IMG/VR virus record: IMGVR_UViG_3300010938_000951
Location: 124,001-188,000 of that record
DNA: 64,000 bases
Strand: one strand, 5' to 3'
Of this stretch, positions 27,594 through 37,444 are shown piece by piece. The position numbers were made by a program, and so were the translations under genes. Position 1 is the first letter of the stretch. Each line of letters opens with the position of its first letter. The notes beneath the pieces were generated by a model. The model saw nothing but the letters and a program-made list of their open reading frames with translations, did not search any database and had not been told where the DNA came from.

Positions 27594-27871
27594 TGAATAA
27601 AATATACGTACTGTTTGCTAGGAAGTATCCAAAAGGTAGCGAGAGCTACACTTACCTACCAGACTATGAAATTCATTATGAGCCAGTTGAGCCTAAAGGG
27701 CCAAGAGATAAGGTAGCAGTGCTAGATGTCAATGAATGTGTTGATACTATGCGCTGCACCTTGTCTGACGACTTGGATTATGTAAAATGTCAGCTTGTTA
27801 CTGTTAGCAATATTGATGGTAAGGCGATAGAGACAATCACTGAATCATTTATTTTAGAGGCCAATCAATGA
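27593..27871 (+). CDS. Hypothetical protein
   Basis: TAATG-coupled ORF. Confidence 0.65.
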   Translation: MNKIYVLFARKYPKGSESYTYLPDYEIHYEPVEPKGPRDKVAVLDVNECVDTMRCTLSDDLDYVKCQLVTVSNIDGKAIETITESFILEANQ

Positions 27872-28404
27872 AAGAGCCATTCATGAATCATATGTTCCCT
27901 AACTGCTATATGCGACCATGGGAAAGAAATTATGAAGCCCGCACTGAAGATGTGGTACTCTATGGTTACTATGAAAAATATCGTAATGATGACGATAAGC
28001 AATATTGCGAATATTGCGATGAAGAGCTTGGTTACAAAGATGGCGAGTATCTAGACTGTGATTGTGTGGATGCCAAAGACGATAGAGAGGGAACACCATC
28101 TTTCCCTAAATTATCACAGATAACTCTTCAATCTATCCTAGATATGTTGCCTGAGGGAGTAAAGCCCTCTGATGTGAAAATATCTATTAGCCTTGATACT
28201 GGTGATATGGGTATCTATGGCCAAGAGCTGACTTTCTCTTATAAAAAGACTTTTGAAGCTGATCCTGAGGGATTCAAAGCTGCCCAAAAGCAGTATGAGG
28301 AGAATTATCAAGCCTATCTTGTTGAAAAACAGAAATATGACGAATGGAAGCGCCAAGAAGAGATAAAGGCCCTTGAAGAGAAAATAGCCGCCCTTAAAAA
28401 GTGA
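27868..28404 (+). CDS. Hypothetical protein with Zn ribbon
   Basis: CEYC..CDC; ATGA-coupled. Confidence 0.7.
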   Translation: MKEPFMNHMFPNCYMRPWERNYEARTEDVVLYGYYEKYRNDDDKQYCEYCDEELGYKDGEYLDCDCVDAKDDREGTPSFPKLSQITLQSILDMLPEGVKPSDVKISISLDTGDMGIYGQELTFSYKKTFEADPEGFKAAQKQYEENYQAYLVEKQKYDEWKRQEEIKALEEKIAALKK

Positions 28405-28422
28405 GCGGTTCTGATAGGTTGC

Positions 28423-28450
28423 TTGACGCCCTATTTATTAGAATTACGAT
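28423..28450 (+). promoter_or_regulatory. sigma70-type promoter, probably leaderless
   Basis: TTGACG-N16-TACGAT, 6 nt before ATG 28457; no SD. Confidence 0.6.
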
Positions 28451-28456
28451 AGTAAC

Positions 28457-29212
28457 ATGATCAAGCTACCTCGAACTCGACATATTGAAGACTCTGGGGC
28501 ATGGCAAGAGCCCAACCCCGAGGCAATACAATTCAATAAATTGGCTGGTGAATTTCTAGTGGTCGAAGAAAAGCTAGATGGCACCGGCGTTTCGATCTTC
28601 TTCGATTCTGATTTTCAGGTGCAAATTTGGCACCGCGGGAGTCCGGCAGTTGGCAAAGAATTTCATGATTTGAAAATTTGGGCCTCTGAGTTGCATAAAG
28701 AGCATTTGTTCGATCTATTAGAAGACAGATATATTCTGTTTGGAGAGTGGTTGCGCTATAAGCACAATATCTTTTATGATAGATTACCTCATGCGTTTTT
28801 TGAATCAGATATCTTTGATTTAAAAGAAAATAAGTGGCTTAACACAATTGATAGATATGATTTGTTGAAGTCTCATGACTCTCATATTGTTTCGGTGCCA
28901 GTGATTGCCTCTTTTAAACCTACCGCATTTGAACAGTTAACTTCTTTGGTTGGTAAATCTTTTTATCAATCAAATAAGTGGCGGGAAGTGCTAGAAACAT
29001 CTTGCCATCATAAAGGATTATCTTTTGAAGAAGTGCTAAAGCAAACAGATCAGTCTGGTTTGGCCGAAGGACTCTATATTAAACATGAAAGCGACAAAGA
29101 GGTTATAGGTCGCTATAAATATGTTCGTCGTGAGTTTATTCACACTATTGTTAATTCGGGCACTCATCTTAGAGATAGGATACCAATTCATAATGAACTA
29201 AGGATTCTATAA
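28457..29212 (+). CDS. RNA ligase family protein (Rnl2-like)
   Basis: Motif I EEKLDG, FGEW, FESDIFD, EGLYIK, YKYVR. Confidence 0.8.
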   Translation: MIKLPRTRHIEDSGAWQEPNPEAIQFNKLAGEFLVVEEKLDGTGVSIFFDSDFQVQIWHRGSPAVGKEFHDLKIWASELHKEHLFDLLEDRYILFGEWLRYKHNIFYDRLPHAFFESDIFDLKENKWLNTIDRYDLLKSHDSHIVSVPVIASFKPTAFEQLTSLVGKSFYQSNKWREVLETSCHHKGLSFEEVLKQTDQSGLAEGLYIKHESDKEVIGRYKYVRREFIHTIVNSGTHLRDRIPIHNELRIL

Positions 29213-29469
29213 TGGCTATTACATTTGGTATTATTTTGTTGCTTGCCATCTATGTAACATGGAAGTTATTTGTAGATGGTTGGCTTTTCAAAATCATTCT
29301 ATTTTTCGCGGGATGGGTTGGACTATATGTGCTTCTGGCAGTTTATGTTGAGGGGGCAAAAGATGTCGCGTTCACTATGAGCAATGGTTTTTCTATGAGT
29401 TGGGCCGCCGTAGTTCCTACCATCATTTGTTTTCTATGTTTGCTATGTACAAAGGTGTCAAATGAATAA
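29212..29469 (+). CDS. Membrane protein
   Basis: Three hydrophobic segments. Confidence 0.7.
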   Translation: MAITFGIILLLAIYVTWKLFVDGWLFKIILFFAGWVGLYVLLAVYVEGAKDVAFTMSNGFSMSWAAVVPTIICFLCLLCTKVSNE

Positions 29470-29677
29470 GATGTTTAAAGAAAATGGTTTTCTTACCGAA
29501 GAGGGCAAAAGAGTATTACAGCCTTTACATGATGGTCTAATGGAAGTTATTCGAGCGCCAGAAGTCCAGTCTATGTCTGTGCAAGAGTTAAGAGTTTTAC
29601 AGGCCAATCTTGCTAAACTTATTGGTGATACTATGTTCGGAGCTATTTATGCGAAAAACCACGAAAAAATCGATTGA
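29462..29677 (+). CDS. Hypothetical protein
   Basis: ORF track. Confidence 0.65.
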   Translation: MNKMFKENGFLTEEGKRVLQPLHDGLMEVIRAPEVQSMSVQELRVLQANLAKLIGDTMFGAIYAKNHEKID

Positions 29678-29879
29678 TGCTATCGATAAGTTTTTTGAAA
29701 CCCACCCGCATTTAGATAATGCGGTAGATGTATGCGCGGTTCCATTAAAAGACCAAAAGATAACCGCTTTACGACGTCAATATGATAATTCAATTTATGC
29801 TTATCAATGTGATATGTGTGGTAGCGCTTGGAAAGTTTATCAACAAAGAATTCATTTTGAAGGCTGTCCTTATGTGTGA
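29649..29879 (+). CDS. Hypothetical Zn-ribbon protein
   Basis: CDMCG..H..GCP. Confidence 0.55.
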   Translation: MRKTTKKSIDAIDKFFETHPHLDNAVDVCAVPLKDQKITALRRQYDNSIYAYQCDMCGSAWKVYQQRIHFEGCPYV

Positions 29880-31150
29880 ATAAAATGAAACTATTAGTTC
29901 AAGAATATTTAGAAACGCATTCGTTTGGAGATTTAGCACGAGAACATGGTGTCTATGCATCGTTCTCTAAATCCGGTCATAAGTTTTCTTTAAACTATGA
30001 TCAGATTGAAGCAAAGGAATCAGATCCTTTGGCTCAAGAATGCCGAGGTCTAGTCTTGGGTTATCTTCCTCCAAACCCATGTGGCATGGTTCCGCCAGAA
30101 CCAGTTCCTTGGAATATGGTAGATGGTAAAGTCAATCGTGATAATATCATTCCTGGCAAGACCAAAATTCTAGCGTATCCAATGAAGAGATTTTTCAATC
30201 ATGGTCAGGGTGCTGCTGCCGATATTGATTGGTCAGACCCCAAGCTAGCTGTGCTAGAAAAACTAGACGGAACTTTATGTATCGTTTATTGGGACGAATT
30301 TACTAACAAGTGGTGTGTGGCAACTCGTTCTGTTCCTGAAGCAGATTTACTGATGGATAACGGAATCTACACCTTCCGTACTTTGTTCGAAAAGGCGCTG
30401 AAGGATACTACTGGTTATGAATTCGATATCTTCACTCGATATTTATCAAAGGAATGCACTTATTGTTTTGAATTAACTACGCCATACAACCGTATCGTAG
30501 TTGAATATAAAACTAATGGTGTAACCTTACTGGCCATCAGGAATCTCGTTACCCTAAATGAGCTTGCTATGGACCACCCAGAATGGGATACTCTACCAAG
30601 GAGTTTGCCATTCGTGCAGGCACACACGTACACGTCTGTGGAGGATTTGATTAATTGGGTTTCTTCGCTTAATCCAATTGAACATGAAGGTGTTGTCGTT
30701 CGAGATTCTAAATTCAACCGAATCAAGGTTAAGAATGCAGCCTACGTGGCTTACAACAAACTTCATGATAAACTAGGTTCTTCAGAACGAAACTGCATGG
30801 AATTCGTTCTTCTAGAAAAAGATGACGATGTAGCTCCATTTCTAGCTCCCGAAATTGGTCAGAATATGGCCAAATTAAAGGAGGGTTTACAGAAAGTTCT
30901 TATGAAATATGATAGCGTTTTCAATTTAGCTATGCTAAATATGAAGGCACTAGGATTCGAAGGTAACAAGAAGGAATTCGCTCTTCATATTACTAAACAT
31001 AAGGATTTATGGCACGCCCCATTCTTTGCGATGTGGGATGGTAAAGCTTCTTCTATGAAGGATTTTATTCAAAAATCTCGTAAAGATGGCACTTGGGGAG
31101 ATGGTTTTCTTGACAAAATTCTAGAATTGTCAAAAAAACATTCTCCTTGA
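29876..31150 (+). CDS. T4 Rnl1-like RNA ligase
   Basis: ECRGLVL, PMKRFFN, EKLDGT, FELTTPYNRIV, EGVVV, RIKVKN. Confidence 0.88.
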   Translation: MNKMKLLVQEYLETHSFGDLAREHGVYASFSKSGHKFSLNYDQIEAKESDPLAQECRGLVLGYLPPNPCGMVPPEPVPWNMVDGKVNRDNIIPGKTKILAYPMKRFFNHGQGAAADIDWSDPKLAVLEKLDGTLCIVYWDEFTNKWCVATRSVPEADLLMDNGIYTFRTLFEKALKDTTGYEFDIFTRYLSKECTYCFELTTPYNRIVVEYKTNGVTLLAIRNLVTLNELAMDHPEWDTLPRSLPFVQAHTYTSVEDLINWVSSLNPIEHEGVVVRDSKFNRIKVKNAAYVAYNKLHDKLGSSERNCMEFVLLEKDDDVAPFLAPEIGQNMAKLKEGLQKVLMKYDSVFNLAMLNMKALGFEGNKKEFALHITKHKDLWHAPFFAMWDGKASSMKDFIQKSRKDGTWGDGFLDKILELSKKHSP

Positions 31151-31171
31151 TATATACGAAATTTGGAGGGG

Positions 31172-31200
31172 TTGACGCCGGCAACAAGCGGCGTTACCCT
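31172..31200 (+). promoter_or_regulatory. sigma70-type promoter with palindromic spacer upstream of hsp20
   Basis: TTGACG-N17-TACCCT; ACGCCG-N8-CGGCGT. Confidence 0.5.
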
Positions 31201-31253
31201 TCTAAATGACCTTCCATGGTCTTAACCTTTTTATTTTCTAAACGGAGGTAATT

Positions 31254-31703
31254 ATGTTAACTCTTTGGAATCCATTTGTTCCTGTCACAAGGGAACGTTC
31301 AGATAGTAGAATGTCTACAAAGACATATTTTGATCGTTTATTTGAAGACACCTTCACTTCCATGTTGCGAGATTTCTCGACCCCATGGCCTGGTGTAGGA
31401 ATTGAACAGAAAAAGAATGAAGACGGCTCTCTATCCATTGCTGTTGATATTCCTGGTATCAAGGAAGAGAACATAACTGTTGAAGTGGAAGATAATGTTC
31501 TCCATATTAAAGGGGAACGTAAAACTGCCGCCTCTTCATATGCGGTAAATAAGTCGGTTCTTATTCCAGAAGGCTATTCTGCCGAAGATATTAAAGCGGA
31601 ACTTGCTGATGGTGTTCTGACTTTGAATTTGGCGGCTAAGCCGCTGCCACAAAAAGAAATTAAAAAGATACCTATAGTTTCTTCAGTGAAGCAGCTTAAG
31701 TGA
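31254..31703 (+). CDS. Small heat-shock protein (Hsp20)
   Basis: GGAGG SD; VDIPGIK, LHIKGER, AELADGVLTL. Confidence 0.92.
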   Translation: MLTLWNPFVPVTRERSDSRMSTKTYFDRLFEDTFTSMLRDFSTPWPGVGIEQKKNEDGSLSIAVDIPGIKEENITVEVEDNVLHIKGERKTAASSYAVNKSVLIPEGYSAEDIKAELADGVLTLNLAAKPLPQKEIKKIPIVSSVKQLK

Positions 31704-31710
31704 TTGAGTA

Positions 31711-31749
31711 AAAGGGCCGGTTGATTAAGTTCAACCGGCCCTTTGTTTT
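31711..31749 (+). terminator. Strong intrinsic terminator
   Basis: 14-bp stem AAAGGGCCGGTTGA/TCAACCGGCCCTTT followed by T tract. Confidence 0.85.
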
Positions 31750-31777
31750 GCGCTATTAATTACGATATATACTATGT

Positions 31778-32494
31778 ATGAACAAATACATGTATGAGAG
31801 TGATTATAGTGCAGATTCTCTCAGATGGCTAACTAAGGTCACGGAACTTAATATATTACCTCATGAATATCAAAGATTGGAAGAACTTCAGAACGAAATA
31901 ATAAAAAACAAAGATTCGGCAATGGCTTGCTTCTTTGCTACTGAGTTTGGAAAGTTCAATCCTCATAAAATGCAAAAGGTAATCTTAGACAAACGAGATC
32001 CGAAATACGCTTTTACTTTTGCGCAATACATTCCAAATGCAGATATTAAAGCACTACAAAATGTGGTAATACAATCTAAAAGTACCAAGTACATAACTAA
32101 ATTTGCATGCTTTATTAAACAGTCAGATAGAAAAATACTTGAAAGTCTGATTTTAGAATCTAAAAGTGTGAAATATGCTCACATGTATCTTAAACATGTA
32201 AAAAGTGCAGACATTAAAAAATTCAAACATATTATTCTAGAATCTGGTAAACCAAGATATTTATTTGAATTGGCTAAACATCTTACCTCAGATGCTGATA
32301 TTGAGATGGTTGAGGATTTAATAATTAAATCGCAGTCCTTCACTTATATGAGATTGTTTGCTGAAAAGATTAAAAAAGCCAATGTAGATAAAATAGAACA
32401 AGCAGTATTAGCGACTGATAATGGCCCCGAAATCAAAAAATTTGCTAAGTATGTTCGACGATCTAAAATGAAACAATTCTTATTGGTAATGTAA
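31778..32494 (+). CDS. Alpha-helical repeat protein
   Basis: About 30-aa repeats (ii.s..pkY.y.FA..i..adi..l). Confidence 0.7.
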   Translation: MNKYMYESDYSADSLRWLTKVTELNILPHEYQRLEELQNEIIKNKDSAMACFFATEFGKFNPHKMQKVILDKRDPKYAFTFAQYIPNADIKALQNVVIQSKSTKYITKFACFIKQSDRKILESLILESKSVKYAHMYLKHVKSADIKKFKHIILESGKPRYLFELAKHLTSDADIEMVEDLIIKSQSFTYMRLFAEKIKKANVDKIEQAVLATDNGPEIKKFAKYVRRSKMKQFLLVM

Positions 32495-32495
32495 A

Positions 32496-33188
32496 ATGGA
32501 CTCTCCTAAATACAACAGAACATTTCATTTGCCCTGGAGTCCTGGCGCAACCGATGACGACAAGATAGCTACGTCTATTGATCATTTATTAAACACACCA
32601 ATTATAATTACTGAAAAGATGGATGGAAGCAATACCTCACTGGAGTTTAATGGATGTTTTGCCAGAACACATGCCGGACCTCCAGCTCATGCATCCTTTG
32701 ATGGACTAAAAGCTTTACATGCATCGCTCAAATACAAAATCCCTGAGGGAGTTCAATTGTTTGGAGAATGGTGTTTTGCGCGCCATTCTATTGAGTATAA
32801 TGAGCTACCAGGATATTTTATGCTATTTAATGTTAGAGATATGAACACTAGGGTTCCGCCAATGTGGACATCATGGGAAGAAGTCGAAATGTGGGCAGAA
32901 GAAATTGGTGTACCAACTGTTCCGGTTTTATATAAAGGTTCTGTTTCTTCTGAAAATGAATTAAAGGAATTAGTGGAATCTTTTATGAATCAGCCGTCAT
33001 CTTGTGGTGGTATAAGAGAGGGCGTGGTGGCTCGTATGGCGTTAGAATTTCCAGATGAAAGCTTTTCCTTATGCGTAATGAAATGCGTGCGTGCGAATCA
33101 TGTACAAACTTCAGAACATTGGAAAGATCAGGAAATCATTAGGAATAAAATTAAACCTAATTTGGCGCTTGACTCCTCGGTGCGCTAG
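32496..33188 (+). CDS. RNA ligase family protein (Rnl2-like)
   Basis: KYNRTFHLPWS, TEKMDGSN, FGEW, REGVV, MKCVRANHVQT; TAG stop. Confidence 0.85.
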   Translation: MDSPKYNRTFHLPWSPGATDDDKIATSIDHLLNTPIIITEKMDGSNTSLEFNGCFARTHAGPPAHASFDGLKALHASLKYKIPEGVQLFGEWCFARHSIEYNELPGYFMLFNVRDMNTRVPPMWTSWEEVEMWAEEIGVPTVPVLYKGSVSSENELKELVESFMNQPSSCGGIREGVVARMALEFPDESFSLCVMKCVRANHVQTSEHWKDQEIIRNKIKPNLALDSSVR

Positions 33189-33197
33189 CCTTATATT
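33169..33197 (+). promoter_or_regulatory. sigma70-type promoter
   Basis: TTGACT-N17-TATATT. Confidence 0.6.
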
Positions 33198-33249
33198 ATA
33201 GGAATATCGAGACATCAAATGTACGAGGGGAACTAACAAGGAAAAACAT

Positions 33250-33513
33250 ATGGGTTTACGTAGATTTCATTTCGAAAGAACTGAAGATGCGTCCGGTGTA
33301 AGTGGTTGTGGACGAGTAGCGGAAGGTTGTCTGTTTACGGACACAGGCGAAGCAGTAGTTCACTGGTTAGGAAATCATGGTAGTATTAATGTCTACCATT
33401 CCATTGAAGATATCATTTATGTCCATGGACATGAAGGTAGAACCAGGATTGTATTTGATGATCCTCAGCCAGCAAGTGAAGCTAAGGAAGAGTTAAAGAA
33501 GGATGGAAATTAA
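33250..33513 (+). CDS. Conserved phage hypothetical protein
   Basis: RTEDASGVSGCGRVAEG motif. Confidence 0.7.
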   Translation: MGLRRFHFERTEDASGVSGCGRVAEGCLFTDTGEAVVHWLGNHGSINVYHSIEDIIYVHGHEGRTRIVFDDPQPASEAKEELKKDGN

Positions 33514-34222
33514 ACGTCATATATTTGTTGGTGATATTCACGGGTGTATTGAAGAGTTTAATGAACTCTTAAAACAAGTCTCTTACAACCCAAGTGAAGA
33601 TAGATTGATCCTTTTAGGAGACTTAATTGATCGCGGTCCAGACTCCGTGGGTGTTGTGCGAAAAGCACGAGAACTAAAGTTGGAATGTGTTATGGGAAAC
33701 CACGAACACAAATTCATCAAATGGTTTCGTTCGCAAGGCACCCGCGTTGATGTCTATGACCGACGGGATTTTTATTCTCAATTATCTGATCAAGATGTAA
33801 CTTATATTCAAGACATGCCGCTCTATATTGAGCTGCCAGATGTCATTGCTGTTCATGCCGGGCTCAAACCCGGCATTTCTTTATCTAATCAAAATAAAGA
33901 TGATTTGATGTATCTGCGATATACTGATGCAGATAGAAAATTTATCAGTATCAAAAAGATTGCTAAACTGGGCAAAGAGGCTACTGGCGCTAAATTCTGG
34001 ACAGAATTTTGGCAAGGTCCCAAATCCGTTGTGTATGGTCACAATGTTTCCTCTTATGAAGAACCGCTAATCGAAGAGGTTGCTCCAGGAATAACCTGTT
34101 ACGGTTTGGACACCGGCTGCTGTTTTGGTGGTCGTCTGACTGCTATGATTTGGGAAACCAAAGAAATAGTTCAAGTCCAAGCAAAGCGGACGTATTATGA
34201 ATCGAAATTTGAGTCCAAATGA
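33503..34222 (+). CDS. Calcineurin-like metallophosphoesterase (PrpA/ApaH-like)
   Basis: GDIHG, GDLIDRG, GNHE, HAG, YGH, LDTGCCFGG. Confidence 0.92.
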   Translation: MEIKRHIFVGDIHGCIEEFNELLKQVSYNPSEDRLILLGDLIDRGPDSVGVVRKARELKLECVMGNHEHKFIKWFRSQGTRVDVYDRRDFYSQLSDQDVTYIQDMPLYIELPDVIAVHAGLKPGISLSNQNKDDLMYLRYTDADRKFISIKKIAKLGKEATGAKFWTEFWQGPKSVVYGHNVSSYEEPLIEEVAPGITCYGLDTGCCFGGRLTAMIWETKEIVQVQAKRTYYESKFESK

Positions 34223-34569
34223 ATTACTCCCAAAACCAACTCAAGAATCTAGCCCAAAGCAACCCAAAAGAATTAGCAAGAATTTTAACCAGCCCCAACG
34301 CCGACATTCATACGTTGACATTTGGGGCTGAACTTTTAGGGGATGTAAACGATGAGCGGATTGTTCTCCCTACACTTCGACAGCTACTTAAGCATATTAA
34401 CGCTATTGTTAGAGAAGGCGCTTTGATGGGAGTTTCTTCTTTTTATTCAGAAAAGAAGCCGCCTCAGGACATTTTGGATAGACTTCGCTCTATTGCTAGT
34501 AATGATCCTTCTCCTTCTTTAAGGGGTGATGCGAAGGCAATTCTGGAAGATTTGGAGGCTCTGCCATGA
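34219..34569 (+). CDS. HEAT-repeat-like protein
   Basis: HINAIVREGA, DPSPSLRGDA. Confidence 0.6.
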   Translation: MNYSQNQLKNLAQSNPKELARILTSPNADIHTLTFGAELLGDVNDERIVLPTLRQLLKHINAIVREGALMGVSSFYSEKKPPQDILDRLRSIASNDPSPSLRGDAKAILEDLEALP

Positions 34570-35081
34570 AAGAGAAAAAAGCTGATTTATTCGAAATGAT
34601 TTATGAAGATGGTGTTGATGCTATCTGCATTACTACCAATGGTATGTGGTTGACTGATGGGCGCGCAGCCATGGGTGGAGGATGTGCAGGAGTATGTGCT
34701 AAGCGCTGGCCCGAGACTGCTGTGCGATTGGGCAAGTGTTTAAAAAATTTCCTAGTCAATGTTCCATTTGTTATTGGAGCGCTAAACGAAAAGGGCGAGT
34801 ATATTGAGCCCACGTTAAAAATGATTAAAGAAAAGAAGTTTAAAACACTCATTCTTAGCTATCCTACTATTGATGATTTATTAAGCGGCGCCAAGATTAG
34901 TCTCATTGAAAATTCAGCCAAAGAAATAAAAGCCTTAGCAGATAAATACGGCCTCAAAGGAATTGTAGTACCACGCCCTGGTGTTGGGATTGGCGGCCTT
35001 TCTTGGGGTGATGTAAAGGCGGTAATTGAGCCTTACATGGACGATAGGTTTACAGTTGTATCCTTTGAACACGAAGAATAA
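34566..35081 (+). CDS. Macro domain (ADP-ribose/Appr-1''-p processing) protein
   Basis: ITTNG, AMGGGCA, PRPGVGIGGL. Confidence 0.85.
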   Translation: MKEKKADLFEMIYEDGVDAICITTNGMWLTDGRAAMGGGCAGVCAKRWPETAVRLGKCLKNFLVNVPFVIGALNEKGEYIEPTLKMIKEKKFKTLILSYPTIDDLLSGAKISLIENSAKEIKALADKYGLKGIVVPRPGVGIGGLSWGDVKAVIEPYMDDRFTVVSFEHEE

Positions 35082-35089
35082 GGTTGGCT

Positions 35090-35335
35090 ATGGCTAAATC
35101 AATAACGAAATATAGAGTTCGCATCTCTTTTGTAGATGATTCATATTGGGATGATGGATCGAGGTGGACTAGTGAGACATTCAAATTTAACAAGCGCCAG
35201 GAGGCTATTAATTTTGCTAGGAAAGCTATTTCTCATGGCTGTGTAGTGGATGGTCAAAATGGTCGCCTAAATATCAGACCAGACAAAAGAGACGTCATTA
35301 TCTTTCGAGACACCTCTTCTGAAATAGATTTTTGA
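35090..35335 (+). CDS. Hypothetical protein
   Basis: AGGT SD; ORF track. Confidence 0.6.
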   Translation: MAKSITKYRVRISFVDDSYWDDGSRWTSETFKFNKRQEAINFARKAISHGCVVDGQNGRLNIRPDKRDVIIFRDTSSEIDF

Positions 35336-35350
35336 GATATATTAAGTAGC

Positions 35351-35512
35351 ATGAAGTTACTTAAATGTAAAATTTGTATGGGCGAAGCTGATTTTATTAA
35401 CAATGACCGATCTGTCAATCGCAAAATGAAATGTCGCAAGTGCGGATTCACTAATGAGGTTGAAAACAAGGGTCCAGAAATTGTTGTAATTAGAAAGCGC
35501 CCGATTCAATAA
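35351..35512 (+). CDS. Small Zn-ribbon protein (53 aa, not in the ORF track)
   Basis: MKLLKCKICMG...KCRKCGF; leaderless TATATT promoter 7 nt upstream. Confidence 0.65.
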   Translation: MKLLKCKICMGEADFINNDRSVNRKMKCRKCGFTNEVENKGPEIVVIRKRPIQ

Positions 35513-36443
35513 TTAATCGTTTATTTTGACGATACCAATCAATAGTTCGTATTAAGCCTGTTCGTAATTCAGTTTCTGCGGTCCAATCGAGCATTGTTTT
35601 TGAGCGGGTAACATCTAACATTCTTTTTGGTTGGCCATTTGAAACGCTACCGTTGAAAACTATTTCACCAGTGAATCCGGTCAAATCCTTAATCAGGTAA
35701 GCTAAATCCCTGATAGAAATATCTGTGCCAGTTCCTAGGTTTATGGGCAACTCTGTATCTAATCCCATTACCACTGCTTTGAGTATGGCGCGGGCCGCAT
35801 CTCCAGCATAAAGGAATTCTCTAGTGGCTTCACCAGTGCCCCAACATTCTACAGTTGTTGATTTATTTTCAATAGCTGTATCGAATTTACGAATTAAGGC
35901 AGGAATAACATGACTATTTATCAAGTCAAAATGGTCATGCTCACCATACAGGTTAACTGGTATTAAATGCGCACCACCCATGTTATATTGTTGCCTATAA
36001 GACTGTCCCAATACTAATAAAGTACGTTTTGCGATACCATATGGTGCATTGGTTTCTTCTGGATATCCATTCCATAAATCATCTTCTTTGAATGGAACAG
36101 GACAGAATTTAGGATAAGCACATACACTGCCCAACGTGTATATTTTTTTGCAACCAGCCTGATGTGCAGCCTCAAATATATTGCTGGCCATTTCTATATT
36201 CTTATGTAAAAAATCGGCCGGACTATTCTTGTTGGCTAAAATTCCGCCACATATTGCGGCCATATGCAAAATAACATCTGGATTTTGCGCTTTAATTATA
36301 CGAATAGTATGTTCTCGATCTAATAGATTTAATCCCCTACTAGAAGGGTATATTAGATCAAATTGCCCAAAACTAAATTCTGTAAACTGTTTTACAACAT
36401 GTTTACCTAAAAATCCAGTACCGCCAGTAATCAAAATTTTCAT
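35490..36443 (-). CDS. fcl: GDP-L-fucose synthase
   Basis: GGTGFLG, AAICGGILAN, GSVCAYPK, YGIAK, PVNLYG, SHVIPALIRK, REFLY. Confidence 0.93.
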   Translation of the reverse strand: MKILITGGTGFLGKHVVKQFTEFSFGQFDLIYPSSRGLNLLDREHTIRIIKAQNPDVILHMAAICGGILANKNSPADFLHKNIEMASNIFEAAHQAGCKKIYTLGSVCAYPKFCPVPFKEDDLWNGYPEETNAPYGIAKRTLLVLGQSYRQQYNMGGAHLIPVNLYGEHDHFDLINSHVIPALIRKFDTAIENKSTTVECWGTGEATREFLYAGDAARAILKAVVMGLDTELPINLGTGTDISIRDLAYLIKDLTGFTGEIVFNGSVSNGQPKRMLDVTRSKTMLDWTAETELRTGLIRTIDWYRQNKRLIIESGAF

Positions 36444-37444
36444 TTGTGATGGTCCTTAAGTGTTTTTTCTCTTCTAGCTAATTCTAAATCGGAGTCAACC
36501 ATCTCTTGGACTAAATCCAAAAAGCTATATGATGGTTCCCATCCTAATTGTGTTCTAAGTTTAGTAGAATCTCCGCAGAGAGCATCAACCTCTGATGGTC
36601 TTAAATATTTTGAATCAAATTCAACATATTGAGACCAATCTAATCCCAGGATACCAAATACCAACTTACCAAACTCTTCAACCGAGTGCATTTCTCCAGA
36701 AGATACCACAAAATCATCTGGCTGTGGTGCTGTAATAATTTTATACATTGCATCAGCTACATCAGCAGCATGTGACCAATCTCGTTCAGCTTTTAAATTT
36801 CCTAGATAAAGCTTATCTTGTAAGCCCAGTTTAATGCGTGTTGCAGCTCTAGTAATCTTTCTGGTTACGAATGTTTCACCACGCCTTGGGCTTTCATGGT
36901 TGAAAGAAATAGCGTTGCAAGCATGTAAACCATAAGCTTCACGATAATTTACCGTAGCATAGTAGCCGGCTACTTTTGCAACACCATATGGGCTACGAGG
37001 GTGAAATGGTGTATTTTCATTCTGTGGTGGTGGTTGTGAGCCAAACATTTCTGAGCTGGAAGCAGTAAGAAATTTTGTTTTTGGACTATTCTTGCGTATT
37101 GCCTCTAGCACTCGCATTACGCCAGTACCTGTTACATCCATAGTATATTCAGGAATATCAAAGCTAACACGAACATGACTCTGGGCGGCCATATTAAAAA
37201 ATAGATCTGGTTTAATATCACCAATCCAACTTGCCAGAGATGAATAGTCAGATAAATCGCCGTAGACCATCTCTAGCTTACCACTATCAATGTGTGGATC
37301 TACATAAACGTGATCAATGCGTTCGGTGTTGAGTGAGCTACTACGGCGCTTAAGTCCATATACTTTATAACCTTTAGATAGCAATAGGTCACATAGATAA
37401 GATCCTGTTTGACCGGTAATGCCAGTGATACATGCAGTTTTCAT
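36440..37444 (-). CDS. gmd: GDP-mannose 4,6-dehydratase
   Basis: GITGQTGSY, AQSHVRVSF, SSEMFG, PRSPYGVAK, NHESPRRGETFVTRK. Confidence 0.96.
   Translation of the reverse strand: MKTACITGITGQTGSYLCDLLLSKGYKVYGLKRRSSSLNTERIDHVYVDPHIDSGKLEMVYGDLSDYSSLASWIGDIKPDLFFNMAAQSHVRVSFDIPEYTMDVTGTGVMRVLEAIRKNSPKTKFLTASSSEMFGSQPPPQNENTPFHPRSPYGVAKVAGYYATVNYREAYGLHACNAISFNHESPRRGETFVTRKITRAATRIKLGLQDKLYLGNLKAERDWSHAADVADAMYKIITAPQPDDFVVSSGEMHSVEEFGKLVFGILGLDWSQYVEFDSKYLRPSEVDALCGDSTKLRTQLGWEPSYSFLDLVQEMVDSDLELARREKTLKDHHK

Noticed and set aside
33186-33237. TAG readthrough extension of the RNA ligase
   Set aside because: The added residues run through a sigma70 promoter, and the conserved ligase core ends earlier; uninformative either way.
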